In this document: one piece after another, positions 1-8,991 of the stretch | Numbering within the stretch: the stretch's first letter is position 1 | Layout: each line of letters begins with the position of its first letter | IMG/VR virus record: IMGVR_UViG_3300047471_000466 | Location: 1 to 64,000 of that record | Direction: 5' to 3' (one strand) | Source of the DNA: a virus | Length of the DNA stretch: 64,000 nt | Made by a program: the position numbers and the translations under genes | The notes under the pieces: generated by a model | Seen by the model: only the letters and a program-made list of their open reading frames with translations | The model's database searches: none | What the model was told of the DNA's origin: nothing

Positions 1-170
1 CTCCTGTGGCTCCTGTGGCTCCTGTGGCTCCTGTGGCTCCTGTGGCTCCTGTGGCTCCTGTGGCTCCTGTGGCTCCTGTCGCGCCAGCAGAACCCGCATC
101 ACCTGTGGCTCCTGTGGCTCCTGTGGCTCCTGTGGCTCCTGTGGCTCCTGTGGCTCCTGTGGCTCCTGTC
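1..170. repeat. 9-bp tandem repeat CTCCTGTGG (GGA GCC ACA on the minus strand)
   Basis: Two near-perfect arrays separated by a short variant segment at about 80-101. Confidence 0.95.
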
Positions 171-298
171 GGACCAATCAATAGCATACTGGAGAGAGTA
201 GCTTTTCTGCTGTTACCAGATTGATTAACCTCGTATTCCTCCGTGCCGGAAAGCGGAAGAGTGGCGGGGGTTAACTGAGATATTTTCTTATTGGCCAT
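1..298 (-). CDS. Collagen-like (Gly-Ala-Thr)n fibre protein, N-terminal part, truncated by the window edge
   Basis: ATG at 298-296 overlaps the upstream TAA; reads [53 protein letters not shown] with the frame open to position 1; absent from the ORF track. Confidence 0.85.
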   Translation of the reverse strand, partial: MANKKISQLTPATLPLSGTEEYEVNQSGNSRKATLSSMLLIGPTGATGATGATGATGATGATGATGDAGSAGATGATGATGATGATGATGATGATGATG

Positions 299-522
299 TA
301 AGCAGTTTCCAAAATTCTAAAAAACCCATCTTCTGTTATGCGAAAATCACCGTCTTCTGTTATGCGAAAATTAGGCGCAACTGCGATATGGTGAGGGACA
401 GAAATGAACGATCCGAATCTTTGCACATCCGGATCTCCGTGATTAGCGCCTGACTGAAGGCGTCCACCTTTTTTCAATGGATCAATGTCGGCCTGAGGTC
501 TGGGTAGACTAACATTAGACAC
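298..522 (-). CDS. Small hypothetical virion protein
   Basis: 74 aa, tandem FRITEDG motif, coupled to both neighbours. Confidence 0.6.
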   Translation of the reverse strand: MSNVSLPRPQADIDPLKKGGRLQSGANHGDPDVQRFGSFISVPHHIAVAPNFRITEDGDFRITEDGFFRILETA

Positions 523-874
523 TCTGGGTTACCTCCAGAGATGCGTAAATTTGTCCAAGAGACGGAGTAGAAATTTTATTCGCCGCATCGATCAGTTGAA
601 CGTCCCAGTAGTAGGGAAGACCTTGTCGCATTAAAACCGTGTTATCGTGCGGGATTAAAACATTTATCAATCCATCAGTTCCGTCAGTTACAAAAGTAAT
701 GTCGCTATTCAACAAAGTACCTTGAAACAAGGCATCGGCGTCTGTATCTGTCTTGCTGCGCTTTATGGTAAACGTGATTCCATAATTCGTGAGATCTATC
801 GGAGTGCAGTCGGGATTCGTTAAAGCAATCTGCACTATAGCATCGTCGCCTTGAACTATGAAGAGCTTCACCAT
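515..874 (-). CDS. BppU-N-like fibre/adaptor protein
   Basis: QGDD..PIDLT...FTIK...YYWDVQL pattern resembles BppU N-terminal-like domains. Confidence 0.55.
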   Translation of the reverse strand: MVKLFIVQGDDAIVQIALTNPDCTPIDLTNYGITFTIKRSKTDTDADALFQGTLLNSDITFVTDGTDGLINVLIPHDNTVLMRQGLPYYWDVQLIDAANKISTPSLGQIYASLEVTQSV

Positions 875-898
875 GAATCTAGTGTAGCCTATTTTTGT

Positions 899-1162
899 CT
901 AGGGTAAAGGATGCCACCAAACTTTAGGGGTGGGCTTAGGCGTGGGAGTCACGGGAACTGGATACGGAACATAGACGACAGTAGGCGCAGGAGATGGTTG
1001 AGGTGGTGCGGGGGTCGGGGCGACCTTGGGATGAATATATGTTTTATGATAGTGGTGATGATGAACAACTTTAACATAGCGATGTTGAGCGCAACCCGAA
1101 AAAATAAACAGAGCTAACAATAAATTTACTATGATAATAACTATCAAGATTGTTCGCTTCAT
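899..1162 (-). CDS. Pro-rich lipoprotein, possible outer spanin
   Basis: Signal peptide with lipobox-like FSGC, Pro-rich tail, overlaps the upstream TM/coiled-coil gene. Confidence 0.5.
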   Translation of the reverse strand: MKRTILIVIIIVNLLLALFIFSGCAQHRYVKVVHHHHYHKTYIHPKVAPTPAPPQPSPAPTVVYVPYPVPVTPTPKPTPKVWWHPLP

Positions 1163-1413
1163 GAGCCGTTCCCCATTCTGGCGATCTTACGCAAGAGTTC
1201 AATATTTTCTTTCATCAATACTCCGTTATGTTTTTCTAATTCGTTGATGTGTTCCTTCGCCTCTTTTAATTCTCTTTCCAAAGCTTCTACTCTTGTTTCA
1301 AGTGCGGATATAAAATCAGTCTTTGTGGTATGTTGGTGACCAAAAAGAACCATGATTGCCGTTATCACGGAAACTAACAGAGAACCTAAAGAAATTATTG
1401 TGTAAGGATTCAT
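1159..1413 (-). CDS. Single-TM coiled-coil protein, possible inner spanin or holin
   Basis: N-terminal hydrophobic helix followed by a heptad-rich segment. Confidence 0.5.
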   Translation of the reverse strand: MNPYTIISLGSLLVSVITAIMVLFGHQHTTKTDFISALETRVEALERELKEAKEHINELEKHNGVLMKENIELLRKIARMGNGS

Positions 1414-1880
1414 TCTAGGTCGGGCGGATGAGCAGCTTCTATTACGGCGACGGTGTACAACAACGCCGTTAAAACCATGGAAGTTTGATCGGCGGCGATA
1501 TGCGCCCAGGAACGAATAACACCGTCAGCATATCGTTGAATAATTGTTGCATAAATTCCCGCCCCCGCGGAACACCAAAGAATTACCTGCTGCGGAATTA
1601 GCAGTAAAGTCATCCACGGATTGCTTACTTTTATTCGCACTCGTTTATCTAAAAATAATAAAGCGAGAATAGCCACACTAAAAAGAACCACTATAACTGC
1701 TGGGCGGGAGTTATCGCAGAGGGCGAATAATACTGAGAGGGCTGTAGCGTTGCCAGCGTGAACGTCTACGAGAAGCAATGTTGCCCAGAAAAAGTGCAAC
1801 AAGGTTGCGAAAAGAATTATGTATTTACCAAGCGCATGCCTGGCTATTTTTAGAGTAAGGAGTTCTTTTAGATATCCCAT
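1410..1880 (-). CDS. Multi-pass membrane protein, possible holin
   Basis: 156 aa with about four hydrophobic segments. Confidence 0.5.
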   Translation of the reverse strand: MGYLKELLTLKIARHALGKYIILFATLLHFFWATLLLVDVHAGNATALSVLFALCDNSRPAVIVVLFSVAILALLFLDKRVRIKVSNPWMTLLLIPQQVILWCSAGAGIYATIIQRYADGVIRSWAHIAADQTSMVLTALLYTVAVIEAAHPPDLE

Positions 1881-1918
1881 TCGGTAAGTTTAACCGAATG
1901 AAGGGGAAGAGCAACTTT

Positions 1919-2350
1919 TTACGCGGGCATTCCCATGTCGCCCATTACATTACGAGCAGAGGCAACAGCAGAGCCACCGCCTGATGGAATAGCCCCCGCA
2001 GCGCCAGTAACGCCGGGTGGGTTTTGTTCACCAGCTTCCTCTTCTTTATCCTCATCTTCGTCTTCTGCTTTCCCATTCACAGGGATACCATCGATTTTTG
2101 ACAGTTGAAGATTCCCATCCTCACCCATTTTGAGTGAGGCGAGAGCAGTGAATTCTTCGCCATTCTTTATACCAGCGGGAGGTTTGAAACCTTCAGGCAG
2201 AGGGAAATCAACTGTGCTGTCTTCCACATCGCCAGTATCCGGCTTCTCGGGCTCCGGAGTTTCACCGGCATCCTGATTAGGAGTACCAAGCCTACCATCG
2301 CCGGGCGAACCGGAGATGGCGGCTATGGTATCTTCGACTTTCTTAGCCAT
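1919..2350 (-). CDS. Acidic hypothetical protein
   Basis: 143 aa ORF in the capsid operon. Confidence 0.7.
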   Translation of the reverse strand: MAKKVEDTIAAISGSPGDGRLGTPNQDAGETPEPEKPDTGDVEDSTVDFPLPEGFKPPAGIKNGEEFTALASLKMGEDGNLQLSKIDGIPVNGKAEDEDEDKEEEAGEQNPPGVTGAAGAIPSGGGSAVASARNVMGDMGMPA

Positions 2351-2493
2351 TAATTACCTGTGAATTCGGTAGGCTCGAAACTCGGGATCGTAATCGCGCC
2401 AGCTTCCTTCTCACTCATAGAAGGAGCCATCGGCATCCACGTATTTTTGGTACCTTTGTCCCCGATAGGACTTTTTCTTAGATCACTTGCCAT
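2350..2493 (-). CDS. Small hypothetical protein (47 aa)
   Basis: MASDLRKSPIGDKG...TEFTGN fills the gap exactly; TAATG coupling to the next gene. Confidence 0.6.
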   Translation of the reverse strand: MASDLRKSPIGDKGTKNTWMPMAPSMSEKEAGAITIPSFEPTEFTGN

Positions 2494-2498
2494 AATAA

Positions 2499-2762
2499 TT
2501 ATTTTCCTTTCGGTTGTCCCCCAATCGCCCCAAACTCTGCCAAGTTAGGCGAGCCTGTGGAATGAAAAGGGTTTTGGTTAACGGGTTCACCTGAGCCCAC
2601 ATACTCGGCTTTTGCTCCGTCTTTGGGCATCATAAATTGTTTCATAGATTCGAGAGGATCTCCTTCTCCATCGCCATTACCTCTTATCGAAAGAGGTGGG
2701 GCTTTGGTATGAGAGACCTGTTCTTGCGAACCGTCTGGAACTCCAGTGTTTACTCCAATCAT
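2499..2762 (-). CDS. Hypothetical protein
   Basis: 87 aa ORF directly downstream of the capsid gene. Confidence 0.65.
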   Translation of the reverse strand: MIGVNTGVPDGSQEQVSHTKAPPLSIRGNGDGEGDPLESMKQFMMPKDGAKAEYVGSGEPVNQNPFHSTGSPNLAEFGAIGGQPKGK

Positions 2763-2825
2763 ATTCTTAGCTTAGGACTAGGCGGTCACTCCGTCAAGGA
2801 GCAACCGCCATCATCCGGTTAATTG

Positions 2826-4269
2826 TTAAGAATCTACTGGGCAACCTGCTTCCAAACCAAGCTGCGGATCGCAACGTAGCGAGCGGATAACATAACCCAA
2901 GTCGGGTCGTTCCTGCTTAATACCGTATGCAAAGAGCGCACGGAAGAAGCCGATGTTACCGTCGATGTTACAATCGCGGCTCGGGATATTGCGCCACACG
3001 AACTCTCCAGCCCAGCTATACTGTGCCAGATAAGTCATGCCGCCAATATTACCCTGCGGTTTAGGAATCAGGACTCGCATCACTTCCTCGTGATAGATCG
3101 CTGTATCTTCATACAGTGCCTTCTTGTAGACGTCGGCGACAATCCACTTCTGACCACGCGTAGCGTTGGTCGAACTGTAGGGATACCGGCGAGTATAGAC
3201 ATTGGTGACAATGTCGTAACGAGGCGGGAACTGAACGGCTTGGAATTTAAAACCATGATAGATTTTTCCACCCAAACCAGGAGCGCCAACCAGTACATCA
3301 GGTTCAGTGAACGAGAAGTAGCGGAAGTCATTCCGATTGTTGTCAGTTGATTTCTTGAGCAAGTTAAAGGTATAGTTATTACCAACCGCCGTGTAGACGG
3401 GAGTACCGTCTTCGACACGAGCCGTAGGTTTCAAACTACCACCATTATACCCGAGTTCCTGGTGAACTTCCTCAAGCAAGCCAAACGTCAAAGGCGACGT
3501 AGGCGGGGTCGTTGGGTCAAACGTTGCAGCGATGTTAGGCGTAGCAAGAGCAGTGACACAGTTCGAAACATTATTCAGATACTCGATCTGATAATTTTGC
3601 GACCATACCCACTTACTATTCTCAGCCAAGACACGCGTGACGTTCTTGATCTGATCGAGCACTTGCCACTGGAACTTGAAGTCATCGAGACAAATGTCGG
3701 GAGAATTCACTGCTGCCTTTTTCAAGGAAACAGTTTTCACATCGACAGCGAATGAATCGATATTGTAGCCAGTAACTGCGCAAGCGCCGGTACCGATTAG
3801 GTTGTTACCTGTAGCACCAGTGGCACTCAGGGTTGCGAATGAACTAAAGAAGTCCGAATCAGTTACCGCCTTGGTAACGATGGATCTCTGGTAAATGGGA
3901 TAGCTGTATTGATACCCTTGACCGTCAAGCCATGGCTCTTTCGGCAGGGTTTTAATATAAAAATCCGAATCTTGGATGCTGACCGCTACGTCATTTCTAA
4001 TCAACCAATTTGTTACTGCCTATTTCTAGGCGGTCGTACAATTTCTTTACGACTCTCTGGTTTCAAATATAGCCAGAGTTCGGACTGTATCTTCCCTTTC
4101 GGGGCTGCGTGCAGTCTCTACGGGGTCAACTACGACTTCCCTCGGTATTGTCAGTTTCCTGAGTTTCACCGATATAGCAGCATTTTTCATCTTAGCTATT
4201 TCTAACCAAGAGGCCACACTGATTTATGGCGTGATCCAAGAATAAATTTTCTAAGGCCGTACAGGACAT
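2826..4269 (-). CDS. Major capsid protein, spliced: exon 1 4269-4226, exon 2 4005-2826 (407 aa)
   Basis: Follows portal and scaffold; AAAGGA SD before ATG 4269; intron removal gives in-frame MSCTALENLFLDHAMLIRNDVAV; size typical of an HK97-fold capsid protein. Confidence 0.8.
4006..4225 (-). ncRNA. Group I self-splicing intron, 220 nt, no ORF
   Basis: P1 GCCAU/GUGGC with U-G at the splice site; P2 UCUUGGUUA-GAAA-UAGCUAAGA; P3 GCUGC/GCAGC; P4 UCGGU/ACCGA; P5, P6; P7 GACUG/CAGUC within GUAGAGACUG and AAGAUACAGUCC; P8, P9-P9.2; terminal G; P10 AAUCAGU/GUUGAUU. Confidence 0.93.
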
Positions 4270-4455
4270 AGTTATTAATTCCTTTACTAAAAAATTGGGA
4301 TCGGGAAAATTCTCGTAACCTTTTGCTACAAGGCCCGACTTTCTTTTTCCCTGGCGGTGAATCCGAGAACGGGAATGTCTCGACCGCAAATAGCTGATTG
4401 AGGTCCAGCAACCTACGCCTTATTCCATTCGTGCGTAATTACTGAATAACTATCT

Positions 4456-4863
4456 TTACGAGTTTGTCAAGCCCTTACACTCTTTTAAGCGATCCCAAGA
4501 AACGTGACAAGAGGGGCACAGCAATCGAACACGTTTCGTGTCTGGATTACGTTTAACCCATAACGACATGGCATAACCAGAATTTCCTATTTCTAATCGA
4601 TGTTGTTTACCATCGCCGTTCGTATGGGCGATTTCTAAAATATCCGACCTACGATCTTGACACCCACAAGGACAATCACAGCGGTCTCCTAAAATGCGAA
4701 CGGCGTCGAGACGGGCGCGTTGTTGGTAAGCCAAAGCAACGGCAGCGCGTTTCTCGGAATGTACATAGCGAGAAGTGGTCGCCTTGCCTTTTCTGGTTTT
4801 GCGATAGCGAGCCTGTGCTTCGGCTTTTTGTTTTCTTCGTTCTTCAGGAGTAACCACAGTCAT
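4456..4863 (-). CDS. Free-standing HNH-type endonuclease
   Basis: Basic N-terminus, CxCxCGC...LEIAH..G..HR...LLCPSCH. Confidence 0.75.
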   Translation of the reverse strand: MTVVTPEERRKQKAEAQARYRKTRKGKATTSRYVHSEKRAAVALAYQQRARLDAVRILGDRCDCPCGCQDRRSDILEIAHTNGDGKQHRLEIGNSGYAMSLWVKRNPDTKRVRLLCPSCHVSWDRLKECKGLTNS

Positions 4864-4894
4864 ACAATAAATATTGCATGATTATGGTCTATAA

Positions 4895-6175
4895 TCAAGG
4901 GGGTAAAATCCCTCGCAACCCTTCCCTCATAACTCCCATGAAGGAGGATCCACCGGTAGGGCCGGTAGGGCCGACAGGTGCGGCTGGTGGCGTTCCACCA
5001 CCGGCAACAGGGGTAGCGCCACGCAATTTAGTAATCATGGCGTCTTGTTCCGAGTTCTTTTTTACCAAGTCGGTAACGAGACCCAGAGTAAGGTCAAGAG
5101 CTTCGGCTTGATAAAAAGCTCGCGCCACTGCTTCGGGCGACACTTTACCAAGATCAACTGCTTGAACTTTGGCGATGCGCTCGCTCATGGCTTTGTCCCA
5201 AACTTCGTCTTCGGTCTTGGCGAAGATCGGAGATTCGGCGGTTAGCTTATTAAGACTGGCCGCAAGACTGTTCTTCCAGTTCGCCTCGATTTCTCGGGCA
5301 GATTGGATCCGTGCCGTTTCAGCATTTCGCCTTTGTTCTTCCTGACGTTGAAACGCGGTCTGCAGAACTCTCTGCTTCTCTGCGTTCAATTTGTCATAAT
5401 CTAAAATTGAAGAATCGAATCGCTGCATGTCCAGTCGATTAAAGCTCGTAGACAATTCAGAAAGGGCATCGCTTCGTTTATTGGCGTCCGGTTCTGTGAG
5501 AGCAGAGCGAAGTGCGCCAGCGTCCACACTATATTTGGCGGCCAGTGATTGAATTGTAGCATCTACCGCGGCCAAAGGCTGGGCGATATTAGTAGCGAAC
5601 TCTTCGCTGTTCTGATAATCTACGGCGGCAAGGCGTTCTTTAAATCCTGTATTTTCGTTGCGGAGTTTTTCGACTTCTTCATTAGTGACTGGAGGAGCTT
5701 TCTCAGCAGCCTCAAGTTTAGCAAGAAGACTTTTGTTTTCTTCTTCTAGCCGCGTGTTTGCATTTCGAACATGTTTAAATGCCGTGCCCGCGGCGACAGT
5801 CATTTTCTTCTGAGCCGCGTCTAACTGGTCGTCGGTTAGTTTCGGTTCAACTTCCGCAGTCGCTCCTGTAGGAGAAGGCGCTGGGGCAGCGGTAGCGCCT
5901 GTAGGAGACGGTTCAGGAGCGGCTGTTGCACCGGTAGGAGAAGGTTCGGGGGCAGCAGTTGCGCCGGTGGCAGGCTCGGGGGCCGCGGGGGGTGGTGTGG
6001 GTGGCGGAGTGGGCTCGGGAACGGGGGGGGGGGGGGGTGGAGTGGGTTCATCGGATTCGCGACCTTCTTTGGTTGGTAAAGCTTCAGGAGGAACAATGCC
6101 CTCCGGATAAGCTGCGGCCATGGCTCTAGAGAGAGCTTCGGATGCGGAAGTAGTGGATGTAGGTGCGTCAGGCAT
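4895..6175 (-). CDS. Capsid scaffolding protein (putative)
   Basis: Between portal and capsid; disordered Pro/Thr-rich N-terminus followed by long coiled coils. Confidence 0.65.
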   Translation of the reverse strand: MPDAPTSTTSASEALSRAMAAAYPEGIVPPEALPTKEGRESDEPTPPPPPPVPEPTPPPTPPPAAPEPATGATAAPEPSPTGATAAPEPSPTGATAAPAPSPTGATAEVEPKLTDDQLDAAQKKMTVAAGTAFKHVRNANTRLEEENKSLLAKLEAAEKAPPVTNEEVEKLRNENTGFKERLAAVDYQNSEEFATNIAQPLAAVDATIQSLAAKYSVDAGALRSALTEPDANKRSDALSELSTSFNRLDMQRFDSSILDYDKLNAEKQRVLQTAFQRQEEQRRNAETARIQSAREIEANWKNSLAASLNKLTAESPIFAKTEDEVWDKAMSERIAKVQAVDLGKVSPEAVARAFYQAEALDLTLGLVTDLVKKNSEQDAMITKLRGATPVAGGGTPPAAPVGPTGPTGGSSFMGVMREGLRGILPP

Positions 6176-6518
6176 TTGGAGTTGGTTCTTCGGTTAAGCC
6201 CTGCTCTCGGGCCATTTGTTGAGCGAGTCTTTCTTTGTCGGGTTGGTCCCAAGGTTTTCTATCGGGCATGTGTTCTACTCTAATTTCCGCCAAACCCAAA
6301 AGAGCACGCAAGCATTTAAGATACCCGTGCTGGGTCGCGCCAAACATGGCGTAGTAGTCGATCAAAGTATATTGTCCCGCTCCTGTCGGAGGGCCTTGGA
6401 GAGTGTAAAGACCTTCTTTTATGATAGCGATAGCGTCAACCAAAGCCGGTTCTTGCAATAAGTCCGCGAGTTCTTTGCGACGGGTAGGCGAATTACGCCA
6501 AATCTCTAATAGTGTCAT
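6168..6518 (-). CDS. Hypothetical protein between portal and scaffold
   Basis: 116 aa, overlaps the scaffold start. Confidence 0.7.
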   Translation of the reverse strand: MTLLEIWRNSPTRRKELADLLQEPALVDAIAIIKEGLYTLQGPPTGAGQYTLIDYYAMFGATQHGYLKCLRALLGLAEIRVEHMPDRKPWDQPDKERLAQQMAREQGLTEEPTPNA

Positions 6519-6595
6519 GATATCTTTTATCGCCCAGATTCAGGCAAGGGTTCAACTTCATTATGTCAGAAATACTATGCAGTTTTTCTGACGAG

Positions 6596-8986
6596 TCAAG
6601 CGGTAGGTTTCGGGGCTGCGGCAGCTTCTTTAGCTGCGGCTCTTTTGGCTCTACCGTCTTTTTCTTTTTCGGCCAAAGATTGTGTATGTAACTCCTGTAT
6701 GTGTTTCAATTTGAGTTTGTGTTCATCGTCGGCCCTCGCGAGGTTTGCCTGTTTTTCTTTCATAGCCATCGCATGGGCCTCGGCTTTCTGCTGCATTTCG
6801 GTAGTCTTGGCCTGCAGATCTAACCCATGTTTTTGGGCGGATTGGCCTACATCCTGTTGATGCTCCGCGGCATTCTGATCCATATTCTGGGCATGCTCTT
6901 CCGCTTCAGGCGGGAGACCAGTAGCGGTAGGAGTTTGCTGAGCGGCTAACTTGGCTTGTTGTTTTGCTTGTTCAATTTGATACGCCTTCGCAGCCGCCGA
7001 AGTGCGCTCAGACAGATTGTTAAATTTCCGATTCAACTCTGACACAATCTCCGCGTTCAATTTATCGGGCTTCAGATACTCGATATGTCGTGCAGAATGT
7101 TGTGTCTTAGCCTCGGCGACCTGTAGAAGTTGAGGATTGTTCCCTTGTCCCGGTCCTTCAAGTTGCTCTAGATCATTCTCCAAATTCGGGAGGTGCGCCT
7201 GTAGGTGAAGGATATGATGATCGTTAGGCATCACGGAAACAGGGACGCCAGCACTCATGGCTGCGTTCTGCAGTTCCGCGATCTCAGCATCCAGCGGCAT
7301 GCGCCCATTAAGTTTGAGACGGGGCACATAATTATCAACCTGTGAATATGTTACTTTCTGTGCGAATCGATCCCGCAACAAATTATTTTGACCGACGGCA
7401 TCGAGTGATCCCCAGTATTGCATGAACTCGTCAAAAGCCATCAATCGACTAGTGGGCGATCCGTATCCTACGGCGCGATAAGGTTCTACCCAAGACTCAG
7501 GATCGAGGAGAACTGCCATAGGAACTCCACGATTATGGCACCGTTTACGAAAATCGAACACTTCTCGTCCACCAGGATCACTCGCTTTTAAATCTTTATT
7601 TTTCGTTCTGCGCCACGCCTCATTTAAATGCCTTTTCCACGGCGGGTAAAAAAGATCAAGAGCCGCGGTAGGGATTACAGATTCTTCAGTCGCTTCTTTC
7701 TGAACCTGAAACTTTGTTTTACGCTGGTCGCCTTGGGGTTGGTTAGTAGCGGAACTCAAATTAGGCTGATCGCCCTGTAACAAATTAGACATGTCCTGAA
7801 CGACAGGAAGAATAGCGTCTTCCGGATTGGCCAACTTAATATTTTGGACAGTGACTTCTGGCGGGATATACACGACACCGCCGTAGAAAATTAAGCTCAT
7901 GTCTTCCGCTTCTATCGCGGATTTAGGCTGAAGGATTACCTTCCCAGCCAACCGAGCATTATCAACCGTGTCACATCGGAGGGTATTAAGAACTTGAGCA
8001 GGGGCGTATCGTTCCTGCGCCAGTCCGCGAACGGACATAAGAGTACCATTCGTTCCTACTTCATAAGGAAAGAAATTGAAACACTGATTTACGTTATCAA
8101 ACCTGTTTTCGCATTTGAAAAGAAAATCATCGTTGACCCCTAGTCTTAGAGTAAGATAATAAGACACCTTACCGGAATATTCTCTCACCCAACAATAGGC
8201 GAGTTTAACGTATTCGTTAGCACGGTGGGCCGCATAGATATCGTTGTCTTTTAAAATAGTCTGCCACTTCTCCCATTCACCCTGTGACCATACGGCCTGG
8301 TTGCTATAAGAATTAAGGATGGCTTTGTAGACTTCTTGTTTGTTCCAACGTTTATCGCTGTCGTCGGCTTGTTCGCACCAGTGGTACAATTGAGACGTGG
8401 TGACATCGCGAAACGCTACGGCGATATCTACTTCCTCTTCCGCTAGGGTAGTCATGCGTGGGAGTTTAAAATCTTCAAGTCCAGCTACCCGCCATTTCCA
8501 ATTAATATCGTCCTCGAAAAATAGAAACCCCAGACCGTGGGTGACAAACTTTTGGACCAGTAATTGATAATAGGGATTGAAGGAGTTCCAATCCTTTAGC
8601 ATCTTATGCCATTCTTCAGACATGATTTGGCACCAACTGGTTTTCACCGTGGCGTCCATCTCATTCATAGGCATAGTAACATTGGCTAATACCGGAACTG
8701 ATTCGGTCAGATCGTAATAGCTCATGCACTCCCGCTTTACCCGCTTTTTAAGATCTTGGAAATTAAGATTGCAGCGGCCTTCCTGGCCTGAGTCAATCAT
8801 CCATCTCTCATCAAAAGGAGGCTTGCCATCGACCGCAGCTTGCACATCTTGGCGGTTAAGGGCGGAGATCAAGTCTAACTCGACAAGTTTTTTGACGACA
8901 GCGTTAAGAGATTTACAGTCAAGTATCCTAGTTTTAGGAGCTTTACCGGTGTCGGAGATTTGCTCAAAGTCAAGATTGTCGGCCAT
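6596..8986 (-). CDS. Portal protein
   Basis: 796 aa, downstream of TerL, Gln/Ala-rich helical C-terminal tail as in podovirus portals. Confidence 0.75.
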   Translation of the reverse strand: MADNLDFEQISDTGKAPKTRILDCKSLNAVVKKLVELDLISALNRQDVQAAVDGKPPFDERWMIDSGQEGRCNLNFQDLKKRVKRECMSYYDLTESVPVLANVTMPMNEMDATVKTSWCQIMSEEWHKMLKDWNSFNPYYQLLVQKFVTHGLGFLFFEDDINWKWRVAGLEDFKLPRMTTLAEEEVDIAVAFRDVTTSQLYHWCEQADDSDKRWNKQEVYKAILNSYSNQAVWSQGEWEKWQTILKDNDIYAAHRANEYVKLAYCWVREYSGKVSYYLTLRLGVNDDFLFKCENRFDNVNQCFNFFPYEVGTNGTLMSVRGLAQERYAPAQVLNTLRCDTVDNARLAGKVILQPKSAIEAEDMSLIFYGGVVYIPPEVTVQNIKLANPEDAILPVVQDMSNLLQGDQPNLSSATNQPQGDQRKTKFQVQKEATEESVIPTAALDLFYPPWKRHLNEAWRRTKNKDLKASDPGGREVFDFRKRCHNRGVPMAVLLDPESWVEPYRAVGYGSPTSRLMAFDEFMQYWGSLDAVGQNNLLRDRFAQKVTYSQVDNYVPRLKLNGRMPLDAEIAELQNAAMSAGVPVSVMPNDHHILHLQAHLPNLENDLEQLEGPGQGNNPQLLQVAEAKTQHSARHIEYLKPDKLNAEIVSELNRKFNNLSERTSAAAKAYQIEQAKQQAKLAAQQTPTATGLPPEAEEHAQNMDQNAAEHQQDVGQSAQKHGLDLQAKTTEMQQKAEAHAMAMKEKQANLARADDEHKLKLKHIQELHTQSLAEKEKDGRAKRAAAKEAAAAPKPTA

Positions 8987-8991
8987 TTAGA

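Noticed and set aside
6-224. Plus-strand (APV)n ORF from the track
   Set aside because: Shadow of the minus-strand collagen repeat, which has a coupled ATG and operon context
2826-4004. Capsid gene starting at TTG 4004
   Set aside because: No SD; the upstream sequence is a group I intron and the spliced frame from ATG 4269 fits better
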